From a virus: 64,000 nt of DNA. The stretch lies in IMG/VR virus record IMGVR_UViG_3300045988_177924. The stretch is one strand, 5' to 3'. Every line of letters starts with the position of its first letter. The stretch's first letter is position 1. Under the pieces are notes generated by a model that ran no database searches, was not told the origin of the DNA, and saw only the letters and a program-made list of their open reading frames with translations. This document shows positions 27,559 through 36,345 of this stretch, piece after piece. The position numbers were made by a program, and so were the translations under genes.

Positions 27559-27578
27559 CTATAACTATGGAGGTTTAT

Positions 27579-27740
27579 ATGATTGACGATAAGCCTGTAA
27601 TTGTTACAGACCCTAAGAAAATCAAAGAGATTAAAGAAGCACTACAATCAAGTATGGTGTATACCGAAGATATTGCACCAGCCATCCCATCTCCGCTGCC
27701 TGAGAACGCGGCGGAAATGTGGTTTGGTAAAAAGAAATAA
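27579..27740 (+). CDS. hypothetical protein (53 aa) between tRNA genes
   Basis: ATG 27579 lies 5 nt after GGAGG. The longer ORF-track version (27480) runs through the tRNA. Confidence 0.45.
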   Translation: MIDDKPVIVTDPKKIKEIKEALQSSMVYTEDIAPAIPSPLPENAAEMWFGKKK

Positions 27741-27741
27741 T

Positions 27742-27825
27742 GTGACCGTGGCGGAATTGGCAGACGCGCCAGCCTTAGGAGCTGGTATCACAGATGTGTG
27801 AGTTCGAGTCTCACTGGTCGCACCA
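27742..27825 (+). tRNA. tRNA-Leu (anticodon UAG)
   Basis: Acceptor GTGACCG/TGGTCGC, D-arm TGGCGGAATTGGCAGACGC, anticodon loop CTTAGGA, long variable arm, T-arm GTGAG-TTCGAGT-CTCAC, discriminator A73, encoded CCA end. Confidence 0.85.
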
Positions 27826-27944
27826 CGGCGACACGACAAATGGTCGCCCGACTGACAAAAATCGTATGTGCAGTGATAGAGCATAGGTTACTAACTAATT
27901 CGCGGTAAGTTAATGTAACAAGGTACTCAAAGTACAAGAGTACG

Positions 27945-27981
27945 GTAGTAGTTTGGAAACGGTTCTACTACAAAATTTTTT
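27945..27981 (+). terminator. possible intrinsic terminator
   Basis: GTAGTAG (27945-27951) pairs with CTACTAC (27965-27971), followed by AAAATTTTTT. Confidence 0.4.
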
Positions 27982-28048
27982 AACGGGGCTCTCCAGAAAA
28001 TGCTCCCAAAATCCGGGATGTCAGAAGTATGGGCGGCCCCATTTTCTT

Positions 28049-28124
28049 CGGGGTGTAGCGCAGCTGGGAGCGCGTATGGCCTGGGACCATAAGGTCGCAC
28101 GTTCGAATCGTGTCACCCCGACCA
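28049..28124 (+). tRNA. tRNA-Pro (anticodon UGG)
   Basis: Acceptor CGGGGTG/CACCCCG, D-arm GCGC-AGCTGGGA-GCGC, anticodon stem TATGG/CCATA with loop CCTGGGA (position 33 is C), T-arm GCACG-TTCGAAT-CGTGT, discriminator A73, encoded CCA end. Confidence 0.8.
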
Positions 28125-28149
28125 AAATAATTTTTAAGGAGCAAGGTAT

Positions 28150-28350
28150 ATGATAATTCTTTACAGTACACACTGTCCCAAGTGTAAAATGCTTGAGACA
28201 AAACTTACCCAAGCGGGTGTAGATTTTACAGTAGTTGACGACATCGAACAAATGAAAGCATTGAAATATAATTCAGCGCCTCACTTGGTTGTCGACGGAA
28301 CATCTTATGATTTCAATGAAGCCATCAAATGGCTGAAAACCAGAGGTTGA
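28150..28350 (+). CDS. nrdH: glutaredoxin-like protein NrdH
   Basis: The 66-aa thioredoxin-fold start MIILYSTHCPKCKML contains CxxC. It lies directly upstream of nrdD. Confidence 0.75.
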   Translation: MIILYSTHCPKCKMLETKLTQAGVDFTVVDDIEQMKALKYNSAPHLVVDGTSYDFNEAIKWLKTRG

Positions 28351-28377
28351 CCCTTATAAAAGGGCAACCCCTTTTTT
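28345..28377 (+). terminator. intrinsic terminator after nrdH
   Basis: GGTTGACCCTT pairs with AAGGGCAACC, followed by CCTTTTTT. Confidence 0.6.
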
Positions 28378-28406
28378 ACTAATTAAAATATATATGGGAG
28401 TATTCT

Positions 28407-29444
28407 ATGACAAAACGAAAGCTACACATTAATATCAACCTTGACAAAGATTTTGTCACTACACTTAAACACCTAAACAGAAAATACGGCGACCAAATGT
28501 GTTATCTCAACGGCTTAGCCGACAAACAAATTAATTATACAGAGTTCATCGATCAATTTGTGAAGTCTACATCAGTTGCCGATGCTTCTATTGACAGCAA
28601 CGCCAATATAGACCATAAAGATATCACGACGCTCGAAAACGAAATGTCAAAGCCACATTCTAAGCTACTTGCTTTCCATAAAATCTTCTATGAAATGAAG
28701 AAGAAATACGGTCTCAAAGAAGCAAAGAGATGGGCGGAAGAAGAGTGGAACGGCGGGTTCTATTTGCACGATTTTTGTTCGGCCACGTTCCGTTCCTATT
28801 GTTTCGCTTATGATCTAACCCCACTCGTAAACAAAGGGTTGTTCTTTGTTAACAATTTCAACGCGCAGCCACCCCAACATCTAACAACCTACACGGATTT
28901 TGTTGGAGAAATGGTAAGCTGGTGCGCAAACAGAACGTCCGGTGCTGTTGGTCTTCCCAACTTCTTGATTTATAGTTTTTATTTCTGGAAGAAAGATTGT
29001 GAGAACAAATACTATCTCCATTCTCCCGAATATTACCGCGACCAAGAATTCCAGCGTATTATTTATAAACTGAATCAACCTTACCTGCGCGTTACGCAAA
29101 GTGCATTTACAAACTTTTCTATCTTTGACCGCGAATACCTTATGGCGCTGTTCGGCGGAGTAGAGTATCCCGATGGAACGTGTGTGATTGACTACATCGA
29201 CGAACTCATCGAATATCAAAAAGCCTTTATGGAAAAGGTTAGTGAAATTCGTTCAATCAACATGATGACGTTCCCGGTGCTCACCTATGCTCTTCTTCGT
29301 ATCGACGGCAAATTCGTTGATGAAGATTTTGCCAAATGGTGTTGCAAACACAATATGAAATGGGCCGACAGCAATTTCTTTATAAGTAAAGATGTTACCA
29401 GTCTTTCAAACTGTTGTCGCCTTGTGAGTGATGTTAAAAATCTT
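28407..29444 (+). CDS. nrdD: anaerobic ribonucleoside-triphosphate reductase NrdD, exon 1 (3' boundary within about 10 nt)
   Basis: Ends in the conserved NCCRL motif (..SNCCRLVSDVKNL), after which the frame hits a stop inside the intron. The continuation is found at ~30387. Confidence 0.8.
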
Positions 29445-30386
29445 GGGTGAAGATTAAAAAGATGCCCTTTAATCCCTTTTCTGGTTTATCACCAGGGTCG
29501 CATAAGCGGCTAACGGGGAACCCTAAGTTCCATTGAATATGGGAATCCCGTGGGAAGGAGAGTGAAATATGCAAAAAGCTATTTACAAAATTACAAATCA
29601 AGTTAACGGGAAGAGTTATATTGGACAATCCGTGAATCCAGAACGTCGTTTTATTGCACATAAATCGCATGCTAGGAATCATGATTTTAGCTCTTCACAA
29701 ATTTTATATTTCGCAATATTAAAATATGGCGAAGAAAATTTTAAAATGGAAATTCTCGAGTGGACAGAGAATTACAACGAAAAGGAACGTTATTACATAC
29801 AATATTATAATACATTGGCTCCAAACGGTTATAATATTGCCAAAGGTGGTGACGATCCGCCGCGATTGTTGGGAGAAAATCATCCTCGTTCAGTGGTTTC
29901 CAATAAACAGGTTGATATCATCATTGCAGAACTGAAACGAGGTGTGTTAACAGAACCACAAATAGGAAAGCTGTTTAACCCACCCATTCGACAGCCTGTG
30001 ATTCATAATATTAATTTTGGAATCACTTATAAGCGACAAAATGAGGTTTATCCCATTCGAACACAAGGTCCTTACAACTTGTCCACAATTCAACTTGATA
30101 ATATTATTTGGCTTTTGCAAAATAGCCTCTGTACAATGCAAACAATAGCAGATTATTTTAACTTTAATGTTAGCACAATAAAAGCTATTAACACCGGTCG
30201 TAATCATTTCAACCCCGAACTTGATTACCCCCTTCGCAAGTTCAAAGGCACCGCACACTCTCAACCTGTAGAGACTATCCTGGCCAACAGGAGTACGCTT
30301 ATTATTGATACATAAGCGGAAATGGGGATTTGCGACAATTGACCTTGTCGTATAAGAGATAGCCCAGCCCGTTTGGAAACATACGG
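29445..30386 (+). mobile_element. group I intron carrying a GIY-YIG homing endonuclease gene (boundaries approximate)
   Basis: It interrupts nrdD between CCRLVSDVKNL and SPDFNSIGGTALEVGSVKVNTINLARIA. The joined sequence aligns with my recollection of T4 NrdD (CCRLINDAELL...NSFGGG...GSHRVVTINFNRIA). The exon ends in U and the intron ends in G (30386). The HEG sits in a peripheral loop. Confidence 0.7.
29569..30315 (+). CDS. intron-encoded GIY-YIG homing endonuclease (I-TevI-like architecture)
   Basis: IYKITNQVNGKSYIGQS..RRF.AH forms a GIY-YIG core. A C-terminal HTH-like segment reads MQTIADYFNFNVSTIKAINTGRNH. AAGGAG SD upstream. Confidence 0.85.
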   Translation: MQKAIYKITNQVNGKSYIGQSVNPERRFIAHKSHARNHDFSSSQILYFAILKYGEENFKMEILEWTENYNEKERYYIQYYNTLAPNGYNIAKGGDDPPRLLGENHPRSVVSNKQVDIIIAELKRGVLTEPQIGKLFNPPIRQPVIHNINFGITYKRQNEVYPIRTQGPYNLSTIQLDNIIWLLQNSLCTMQTIADYFNFNVSTIKAINTGRNHFNPELDYPLRKFKGTAHSQPVETILANRSTLIIDT

Positions 30387-31331
30387 AGTCCTGATTTTAA
30401 TTCCATCGGCGGAACCGCCCTCGAGGTCGGCTCTGTCAAAGTTAACACAATTAACTTAGCTCGCATCGCATACGTTACAAAAGTATGGAGCGAGAAAAAC
30501 CACATCACCAACAAAGCACAAATTAAAGCCTATTATCTTGACTTGCTCAAATCGAAGGTTAACCTGTGTTTAAGAGTGCTTGACCGTGTGCGTTCAATCA
30601 TTGCTCGCAATATTGAAAAAGGATTGCTCCCCAATTACACACTCGATCTCATTCACCTCAAGTCCCAATACAATACAATCGGAATCACAGGTTTATGGGA
30701 AGCAATCAAGCACTTAAACGGCACATATGTCGACACTCTTGGTAACGCGAATTACACGCCAAGCGGCCTTGAATTTGCCACCGAAATCCTCGCTGCCATT
30801 CATGATGCAAAAGACCTGTTTATCCAGACAGAAAAGGTAGATTATCAAATCAATATTGAACAAGTACCTGCTGAACGCTGCGCGACTATTTTACAAGAAA
30901 AAGACAAACTCTTGTACGCAAATGGCGAATACGATCTTCCTCTTTATGGTAACCAATGGATTCCGCTGGCGACGCACACTTCGCTCCATAATAAAATGAT
31001 AGCGAGCTCAACTCTCGACGCGGCTTGTAGTGGTGGTTCGATTGCGCATATTAACATCGACGCGCCCCTCTCAGACTTCGACACAGCGTGGAAACTTCTC
31101 AACACTGTGGCCGACTTTGGAGTCCCGTATTTTGCCTTCTGCACCCGCATCAGCGCGTGTAAAAATAACCACGGTTTTTACGGCGACATCTGCCCAATCT
31201 GTGGGGAACCCGTCGAAACAACTTACCAACGCATTGTCGGATTCCTGACGCCGGAAAAAACATATTCCAAAGAGCGTAAGGCGGAATTTGCAAAACGCGA
31301 CTGGTTTTCGGTGAACTCTGATGAAAATTAA
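30387..31331 (+). CDS. nrdD: NrdD exon 2 (5' boundary within about 10 nt)
   Basis: The frame is open from 30363. Contains FNSIGG..GSVKVNTINLARIA, a Zn site CKNNHGFYGDICPICG, and the glycyl-radical motif QRIVGFL near the C-terminus. Confidence 0.8.
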   Translation, partial: SPDFNSIGGTALEVGSVKVNTINLARIAYVTKVWSEKNHITNKAQIKAYYLDLLKSKVNLCLRVLDRVRSIIARNIEKGLLPNYTLDLIHLKSQYNTIGITGLWEAIKHLNGTYVDTLGNANYTPSGLEFATEILAAIHDAKDLFIQTEKVDYQINIEQVPAERCATILQEKDKLLYANGEYDLPLYGNQWIPLATHTSLHNKMIASSTLDAACSGGSIAHINIDAPLSDFDTAWKLLNTVADFGVPYFAFCTRISACKNNHGFYGDICPICGEPVETTYQRIVGFLTPEKTYSKERKAEFAKRDWFSVNSDEN

Positions 31332-31818
31332 GTTTATCAAAGACGAAGATTTCGTCAATTATAAGAAACCAGCCATGTTCATCGGGGCGTGTATGTGTGA
31401 CTTCAAATGTTGCACTGAAAATAATCTCCCTATCTCCACGTGTCAAAACGCGGAGTGGGGACAATGTCCCATTAAATCAATTCCGACTGATGACATCATC
31501 CTTCGTTTTCTTTCGAATCCATTCACAGACGCTATAGTTTTTGGTGGTCTCGAGCCTTTCCTTCAAATCACCGAAGTCATTGAATTTATCGACCTATTGC
31601 GGAATGCCTACAACAGCAACGCCGACGTCGTAATCTACACCGGTTACACCGAGGAAGAAGTGCGTAGCACGCGGTTTAGTCACGAATACCACCAACTTCA
31701 ACAGTATCAAAACGTTATTGTTAAATTTGGGCGGTATATTCCCAATCGCCCTTCGAAATATGACGATGTCTTGGGAGTCACGCTGGCGAGCGATAATCAA
31801 TACGCAAAACTTTTATAA
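31321..31818 (+). CDS. nrdG: anaerobic RNR activating protein NrdG (small radical-SAM type)
   Basis: Overlaps the nrdD end. Has a Cys cluster ACMCDFKCC near the N-terminus and FGGLEPF. Confidence 0.7.
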   Translation: MKIKFIKDEDFVNYKKPAMFIGACMCDFKCCTENNLPISTCQNAEWGQCPIKSIPTDDIILRFLSNPFTDAIVFGGLEPFLQITEVIEFIDLLRNAYNSNADVVIYTGYTEEEVRSTRFSHEYHQLQQYQNVIVKFGRYIPNRPSKYDDVLGVTLASDNQYAKLL

Positions 31819-31833
31819 AAACCACAAAGAAAC

Positions 31834-31875
31834 TTGTCACATAATGTTGACAGGTTTCTTTTTTTTTGCTATACT
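31834..31875 (+). promoter_or_regulatory. sigma-A-type promoter with upstream GTCA half-site
   Basis: TTGTCA 31834-31839, N7, TTGACA 31847-31852, N17, TATACT 31870-31875. 39 of 48 nt are identical to the promoter at 711-758. Confidence 0.75.
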
Positions 31876-31910
31876 CAATATGTAATTAAAAACCGAAAGG
31901 AGCGACAACT

Positions 31911-32162
31911 ATGGATGAATTTTTCTTAACGTGGTTAGCGATGGAACAAGATATTAAAGACGAGCAAATGACGGCGCTCGAAGATTACGGGTTCGATGAC
32001 GATGACGACGAATATCAGTACGATGATATCGAAGACGATGACGATTCCGACGACGAATTCTTTGAGTTCTTCGAGGGTTGCCTTGACTGCTCCGGCCCAT
32101 TGTGGGGAATTGATGACGACACTGTAATGGACGACGAGGATTACGACGATGTCCAACTCTAA
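31911..32162 (+). CDS. extremely acidic small protein (83 aa)
   Basis: AAGGAG SD upstream. Contains runs such as DDDDDEYQYDDIEDDDDSDDEFFEFFE. Confidence 0.65.
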   Translation: MDEFFLTWLAMEQDIKDEQMTALEDYGFDDDDDEYQYDDIEDDDDSDDEFFEFFEGCLDCSGPLWGIDDDTVMDDEDYDDVQL

Positions 32163-32580
32163 GGCTGACGTTCAAATTATGAAAATTGCAAAAATCCTAC
32201 ACGGTCCTTCGTGTGGGACGACAAACTGCGCCGATTGTCATTATCATGACATTCCGTCAATCTTTCCAGTCAACGATAGGTGCCACGATTATTATTCGGC
32301 AATCGAATTGGTGAAGCAAGGATTCGTGGACGGCGCATTGCTTAAAAATTTTGCAAAAAATTTAAAAGCCCATATTTTGGCTGTTATGTTGTCAGGCGAC
32401 AAAATATCTTGCAAAGATATATCGAATGCAAAAGTAATTTTGTATTATATCAACCGGCAACTAAACGACACTTTTGGGTTAAACGAGCCTCTTAACGCTG
32501 CAAATCAGTTTTTGGCAGAACCTGACCTTGTTAAAAAATATCAACTCGACGAATTTTTGGAGGAACACAAAGATGACTAA
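32149..32580 (+). CDS. hypothetical protein
   Basis: Overlaps the upstream gene end. 143 aa. Confidence 0.6.
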   Translation: MSNSKADVQIMKIAKILHGPSCGTTNCADCHYHDIPSIFPVNDRCHDYYSAIELVKQGFVDGALLKNFAKNLKAHILAVMLSGDKISCKDISNAKVILYYINRQLNDTFGLNEPLNAANQFLAEPDLVKKYQLDEFLEEHKDD

Positions 32581-33073
32581 ACAAGAGCAAATCGAGGAAA
32601 TGACGAAAGAAAGAAACGAAATAAAAGATATTATGAAACTTTTAGATAAATGTGTTTCATTAAATCCAATGTATAAAAGTGAAGTTGCAAGTGTTCTCTA
32701 TGGAAACAACTACCGAAAACTCCCTGAAGATAGCGTTGTGCTTTCAAGAGAAGAGTATGAAATGTTAAAAAGTTTATACGATACTCAAAAAGGTGCGATT
32801 ATGACTTCAAGTATAGGTGATTTACCTTTAACGGTTGAAGGGTTAAGAAAAGCAGTTGACGAGATTACAAGACTTAATAGAGTTGAAACTGAACTGCAAG
32901 AACTCAATGCAAAATATTACAACGAAGCGAAAGATTTAAGGCGAGAACTCAAACAAACGCGCAAGGAAACGGCGAAAGCTATTTTGAATGTCCTATATTT
33001 TAATTTGCAAAATGGCGTGATGGGTAGGATTCAAGAAATTGCAAAAAACTACGGTGTGGAGGTAGAAAAATGA
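32573..33073 (+). CDS. hypothetical coiled-coil protein
   Basis: ATG 32573 follows GGAGGAAC. Confidence 0.6.
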   Translation: MTKQEQIEEMTKERNEIKDIMKLLDKCVSLNPMYKSEVASVLYGNNYRKLPEDSVVLSREEYEMLKSLYDTQKGAIMTSSIGDLPLTVEGLRKAVDEITRLNRVETELQELNAKYYNEAKDLRRELKQTRKETAKAILNVLYFNLQNGVMGRIQEIAKNYGVEVEK

Positions 33074-33453
33074 ATAAAGACGATATTAAGAAAGCGTTAG
33101 AGTTTTGTGCCAACGCTTTCCCTTGCGAGGGCTGTGCGTATCACGACGACTTAACGTGTACCGACAAACTAAAAACTGATGCTCTCAACGTTATCATTGA
33201 ACAAGAACAAGAGATTGAAAAGTGGAAAAACGATTACGTAAAATTGCAAGAACAGTTTGCAAAATATCAAACTGCGAGTGACAAGGAAATTGCAGCACAA
33301 GTCAAGCAAGCCAAAATCGAAGTGTTGAACAAGTTGAAAGAACGCGTTGAAACCGCAATAGACGCTTATTTCAATTTAGATGGTGGTGGTTATTATCTCG
33401 CAGAGGGTGCAATGAATGATATCGACGAACTCATCAGGGAGGTAGAAGAATGA
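33070..33453 (+). CDS. DDIKKxL-family Cys-cluster plus coiled-coil protein
   Basis: Starts MNKDDIKKALEFC..CEGCAY. Paralog of 1940-2350 and 33450-33881. Confidence 0.7.
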   Translation: MNKDDIKKALEFCANAFPCEGCAYHDDLTCTDKLKTDALNVIIEQEQEIEKWKNDYVKLQEQFAKYQTASDKEIAAQVKQAKIEVLNKLKERVETAIDAYFNLDGGGYYLAEGAMNDIDELIREVEE

Positions 33454-33881
33454 ATATAGACGATATTAAGAAAGCATTAGAGTGTTGTTCAAACCCGAGC
33501 ATCAACCCTTGTAAGGACTGCCCGTATAATAAAAACGGTGATTTTAGTTATTGTAATGACAAAATTCTCAAAGACACACTCAATCTTATAACCGAGCAAG
33601 AGAAAGAGATTGAGCGTTTGAAAGATGAGAACAAAGAAAACTGCTGGAAGTGTATTGAGGCGAAGCGTGTTACGGAAGAAGACTATGCAAAACTTCAAGA
33701 AGAGTTTGCAAATTATCAAATCGCAAGTGATAAAGAAATGATAGCACAGGTCAAGCAAGCGAAAATCGACGTGCTGAACAGATTGAAGTCGTTGAGTATT
33801 TATGACGATAATTATCTGGATGGTTATGTGTTTATCGACGACATAGACAAACTTTTGGAGGAGTATGAAAATGACGCTTAA
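33450..33881 (+). CDS. DDIKKxL-family Cys-cluster plus coiled-coil protein
   Basis: Starts MNIDDIKKALECC..CKDCPY. Shares SDKE(I/M)(A/I)AQVKQAKI(E/D)VLN with its neighbour. Confidence 0.7.
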   Translation: MNIDDIKKALECCSNPSINPCKDCPYNKNGDFSYCNDKILKDTLNLITEQEKEIERLKDENKENCWKCIEAKRVTEEDYAKLQEEFANYQIASDKEMIAQVKQAKIDVLNRLKSLSIYDDNYLDGYVFIDDIDKLLEEYENDA

Positions 33882-34299
33882 AGAATTATTAGAGCAATAT
33901 GGATATACAACCGATCCGGTTAAAGAAGCAGACATCATAAAAAGATGGTTTGTTGAAAACGACTTTGAAGATATAGGACTGTCTATGATTCCCAGCTTGT
34001 CGGCGCATAAAATCAAGAAATTGCAAGATAAATTGTCGTTCGCACAATCTTGGCTCCCGAGCAAAATTGATGTGAACTGCAACAAAGAGTTTGCTAATGA
34101 TAAACTAACTGCTGATATGTTGAATCACATTATAACATATTGTATGCTGTCTATGCCGTTACCAGACGACATTCTTGAATGGGCAAAAGAAAATATTCCC
34201 AACATCAATGTTCCGAGAGTGTTTTTTATGCCAACCGTAAAATATCTTAAAGAAAGATATAATATAGAATTTAAGGATAAACCACAGTGGGAGTTTTAG
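33871..34299 (+). CDS. hypothetical protein
   Basis: ATG 33871 lies 7 nt after GGAGGAG. Confidence 0.6.
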   Translation: MTLKELLEQYGYTTDPVKEADIIKRWFVENDFEDIGLSMIPSLSAHKIKKLQDKLSFAQSWLPSKIDVNCNKEFANDKLTADMLNHIITYCMLSMPLPDDILEWAKENIPNINVPRVFFMPTVKYLKERYNIEFKDKPQWEF

Positions 34300-34320
34300 G
34301 AGAACATTTGAGAGGGTAGA

Positions 34321-34524
34321 ATGACGGATAAACAAATTGAAGATAAAATAAGAAAAGTATCGAATAAGATTAGTAATTATACAAATAGAAATATAGACTA
34401 TTGTTGCACCTTTGAATGTAGGTGCCCGTTTATGGACAATGACGATTTTAGCAATATATCGTGTACTGTATGTAAAGTAATCGGTGCGGCAATAAGAGCA
34501 GACGCAATAACAGTAGGAGAATAA
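34321..34524 (+). CDS. hypothetical Cys-rich protein
   Basis: GAGGGT lies upstream. 67 aa. Confidence 0.55.
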   Translation: MTDKQIEDKIRKVSNKISNYTNRNIDYCCTFECRCPFMDNDDFSNISCTVCKVIGAAIRADAITVGE

Positions 34525-34526
34525 AA

Positions 34527-35114
34527 ATGGGATACAGACATTATTTTTATTTAGTTAAAAAATCGGATATAGAAAAATGCAACAATATAAGTCTTAGCGA
34601 ATTAAAACGACAGTATGGCGATGCTGACAGCGGTTATATAGATTTCGATGAAATTTTTCCACGAACTGAAATCTTTGAATTCGGCAAATTATATTATGAA
34701 GATACCGCCGAAAGAATATACAACACCGGCAAACCATTATTTGGCGACAAAGATTGCCAGGAATATTTTGAAGCTTATTACCCTTTCGTTGTCGGTAAAG
34801 AAGGTTTGTTAGAAGCAATTAAGATATATAAGGAAAAGGCCATAAGTGCTTATCAATCGCTTTTAGGGGACGGACAAGAAGTCCAGTATCCATTGGGTAT
34901 AACTATGACCGAGGATATATCTGAACACGATAAAATGAAGAAATTTGTAAAGGGTAGACTTTACTGGCTACAAAATCAGTTTGAAAATATAGATGAGTCA
35001 AACAAATATAAGGTGTCCAGAAGTTATATATACGAACATGCAATCTTTAACCTAATTCACCTGTTAAAAGTTATTGATTGGGACAATGAAACTATTTTAT
35101 TTTATGGATGGTAA
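34527..35114 (+). CDS. hypothetical protein
   Basis: AGGAG SD upstream. 195 aa. Confidence 0.65.
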   Translation: MGYRHYFYLVKKSDIEKCNNISLSELKRQYGDADSGYIDFDEIFPRTEIFEFGKLYYEDTAERIYNTGKPLFGDKDCQEYFEAYYPFVVGKEGLLEAIKIYKEKAISAYQSLLGDGQEVQYPLGITMTEDISEHDKMKKFVKGRLYWLQNQFENIDESNKYKVSRSYIYEHAIFNLIHLLKVIDWDNETILFYGW

Positions 35115-35120
35115 ACATAA

Positions 35121-35441
35121 ATGAAAACAATTTATATAATAAATTACGATACAGAATTTTTTATCACCGAAATCCCCATATTGACGGAATCTGACCAGGT
35201 GTACATCTTCGATTACGAACGTCTTACTACTGACCAACACCGCGCTCTCGATTGGGAAGACACCTTGAATAAAAGCGAGGAAAATACTACCAACTGGACG
35301 ACCGACAAGACGCGCTTTGAAACCCTGAAACAAGAGTATATCAAAAATAAGTTAGCACAACTTAACGCCGGCGCCATTTGTGCCACCAGCCGTTTTGAAC
35401 GCGCTGTTCTCAGTGCGCATCAACTGGGGTTCATGTTCTGA
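35121..35441 (+). CDS. hypothetical protein
   Basis: 106-aa ORF with a weak SD. Confidence 0.5.
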   Translation: MKTIYIINYDTEFFITEIPILTESDQVYIFDYERLTTDQHRALDWEDTLNKSEENTTNWTTDKTRFETLKQEYIKNKLAQLNAGAICATSRFERAVLSAHQLGFMF

Positions 35442-35446
35442 AAAAA

Positions 35447-35488
35447 TTTTTCAAAATATGTTGACAAAATCTAATCCTTGTGCTATAC
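35447..35488 (+). promoter_or_regulatory. sigma-A-type promoter (upstream half-site degenerate)
   Basis: TTTTCA 35447-35452, N7, TTGACA 35460-35465, N17, TATACT 35483-35488. Confidence 0.65.
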
Positions 35489-35520
35489 TAACAATATAAC
35501 ACACAAGGAGCGTAACAACT

Positions 35521-35844
35521 ATGAAATTTGTATTAGACAGTTTAGATTTTACCATCAGCGAAGATTATAACGACAAATTTGAAGCCCTCGAGGACCTCGA
35601 AGACTTCTCAGATGACCTCGAAAGACATACACCCGAAGAGATCTTCCAAATCCTTAAAAAGTGGGTGAAAAAAACACGCCGCACGCTTCGCGAAGAACTC
35701 ATCGAAGATGGACGTTGTCCTGATTGCGGGGAAGAACTCGAAGAAGAGGTTGAAACCGAAACGGGGTATCTTGACGGAAGACCTGCTTATCAAGTAAGCG
35801 AAGTTGTTGGAAGGTACTGCCCTGAATGTGGTTGGGAGGAATGA
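35521..35844 (+). CDS. acidic zinc-ribbon protein
   Basis: AAGGAG SD upstream. Contains CPDCG ... CPECG. Confidence 0.65.
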   Translation: MKFVLDSLDFTISEDYNDKFEALEDLEDFSDDLERHTPEEIFQILKKWVKKTRRTLREELIEDGRCPDCGEELEEEVETETGYLDGRPAYQVSEVVGRYCPECGWEE

Positions 35845-35846
35845 GC

Positions 35847-36344
35847 ATGGCACAATCGACTATCACTACCGAGGTGTGCAAAGTCACCACTCCCGAAAAT
35901 CCTGTACCCACCAAAGAGATTCTCTTATCTCTTTTTCTAGAGCTTACACAAGCTGTAGATTTTCTCATCCCCAACAAGACGTATTATTTCTCGTATAATA
36001 CACACATCGCAGAAAACACAGTTACTCATTATTTACGGCTGGGAAAACCGGACGCTGCTGACATCGCTCGAATCAAACAAATTATCGTGGACCCAAACCA
36101 GGCCCAGGAAATAGATTGTTTCTTCCCGCGTGTGTTTGAGTTGGTGATGGACCGAACCCTCGGTTATAAAACTCTCACCGATATCAACAAAAACCTGTTC
36201 CGAGCATTCCTCGCGAAAATGGCAGATGGTATCGAGAATAACAAATTACTATTGAACGACTTTATAATACTTACAGAAAAACGCCAAAATATTCAGCTGC
36301 CGCTCGCAGTCTTGATTTATTGGTTCCCAAAACAGGAGGATTGA
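35847..36344 (+). CDS. hypothetical protein
   Basis: ATG 35847 lies 7 nt after GGAGG. Confidence 0.6.
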   Translation: MAQSTITTEVCKVTTPENPVPTKEILLSLFLELTQAVDFLIPNKTYYFSYNTHIAENTVTHYLRLGKPDAADIARIKQIIVDPNQAQEIDCFFPRVFELVMDRTLGYKTLTDINKNLFRAFLAKMADGIENNKLLLNDFIILTEKRQNIQLPLAVLIYWFPKQED

Positions 36345-36345
36345 T

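Noticed and set aside
27480-27578. N-terminal extension of ORF 27480-27740
   Set aside because: This part is the body of the class II tRNA read as codons. A GGAGG-led ATG at 27579 gives the plausible 53-aa ORF.
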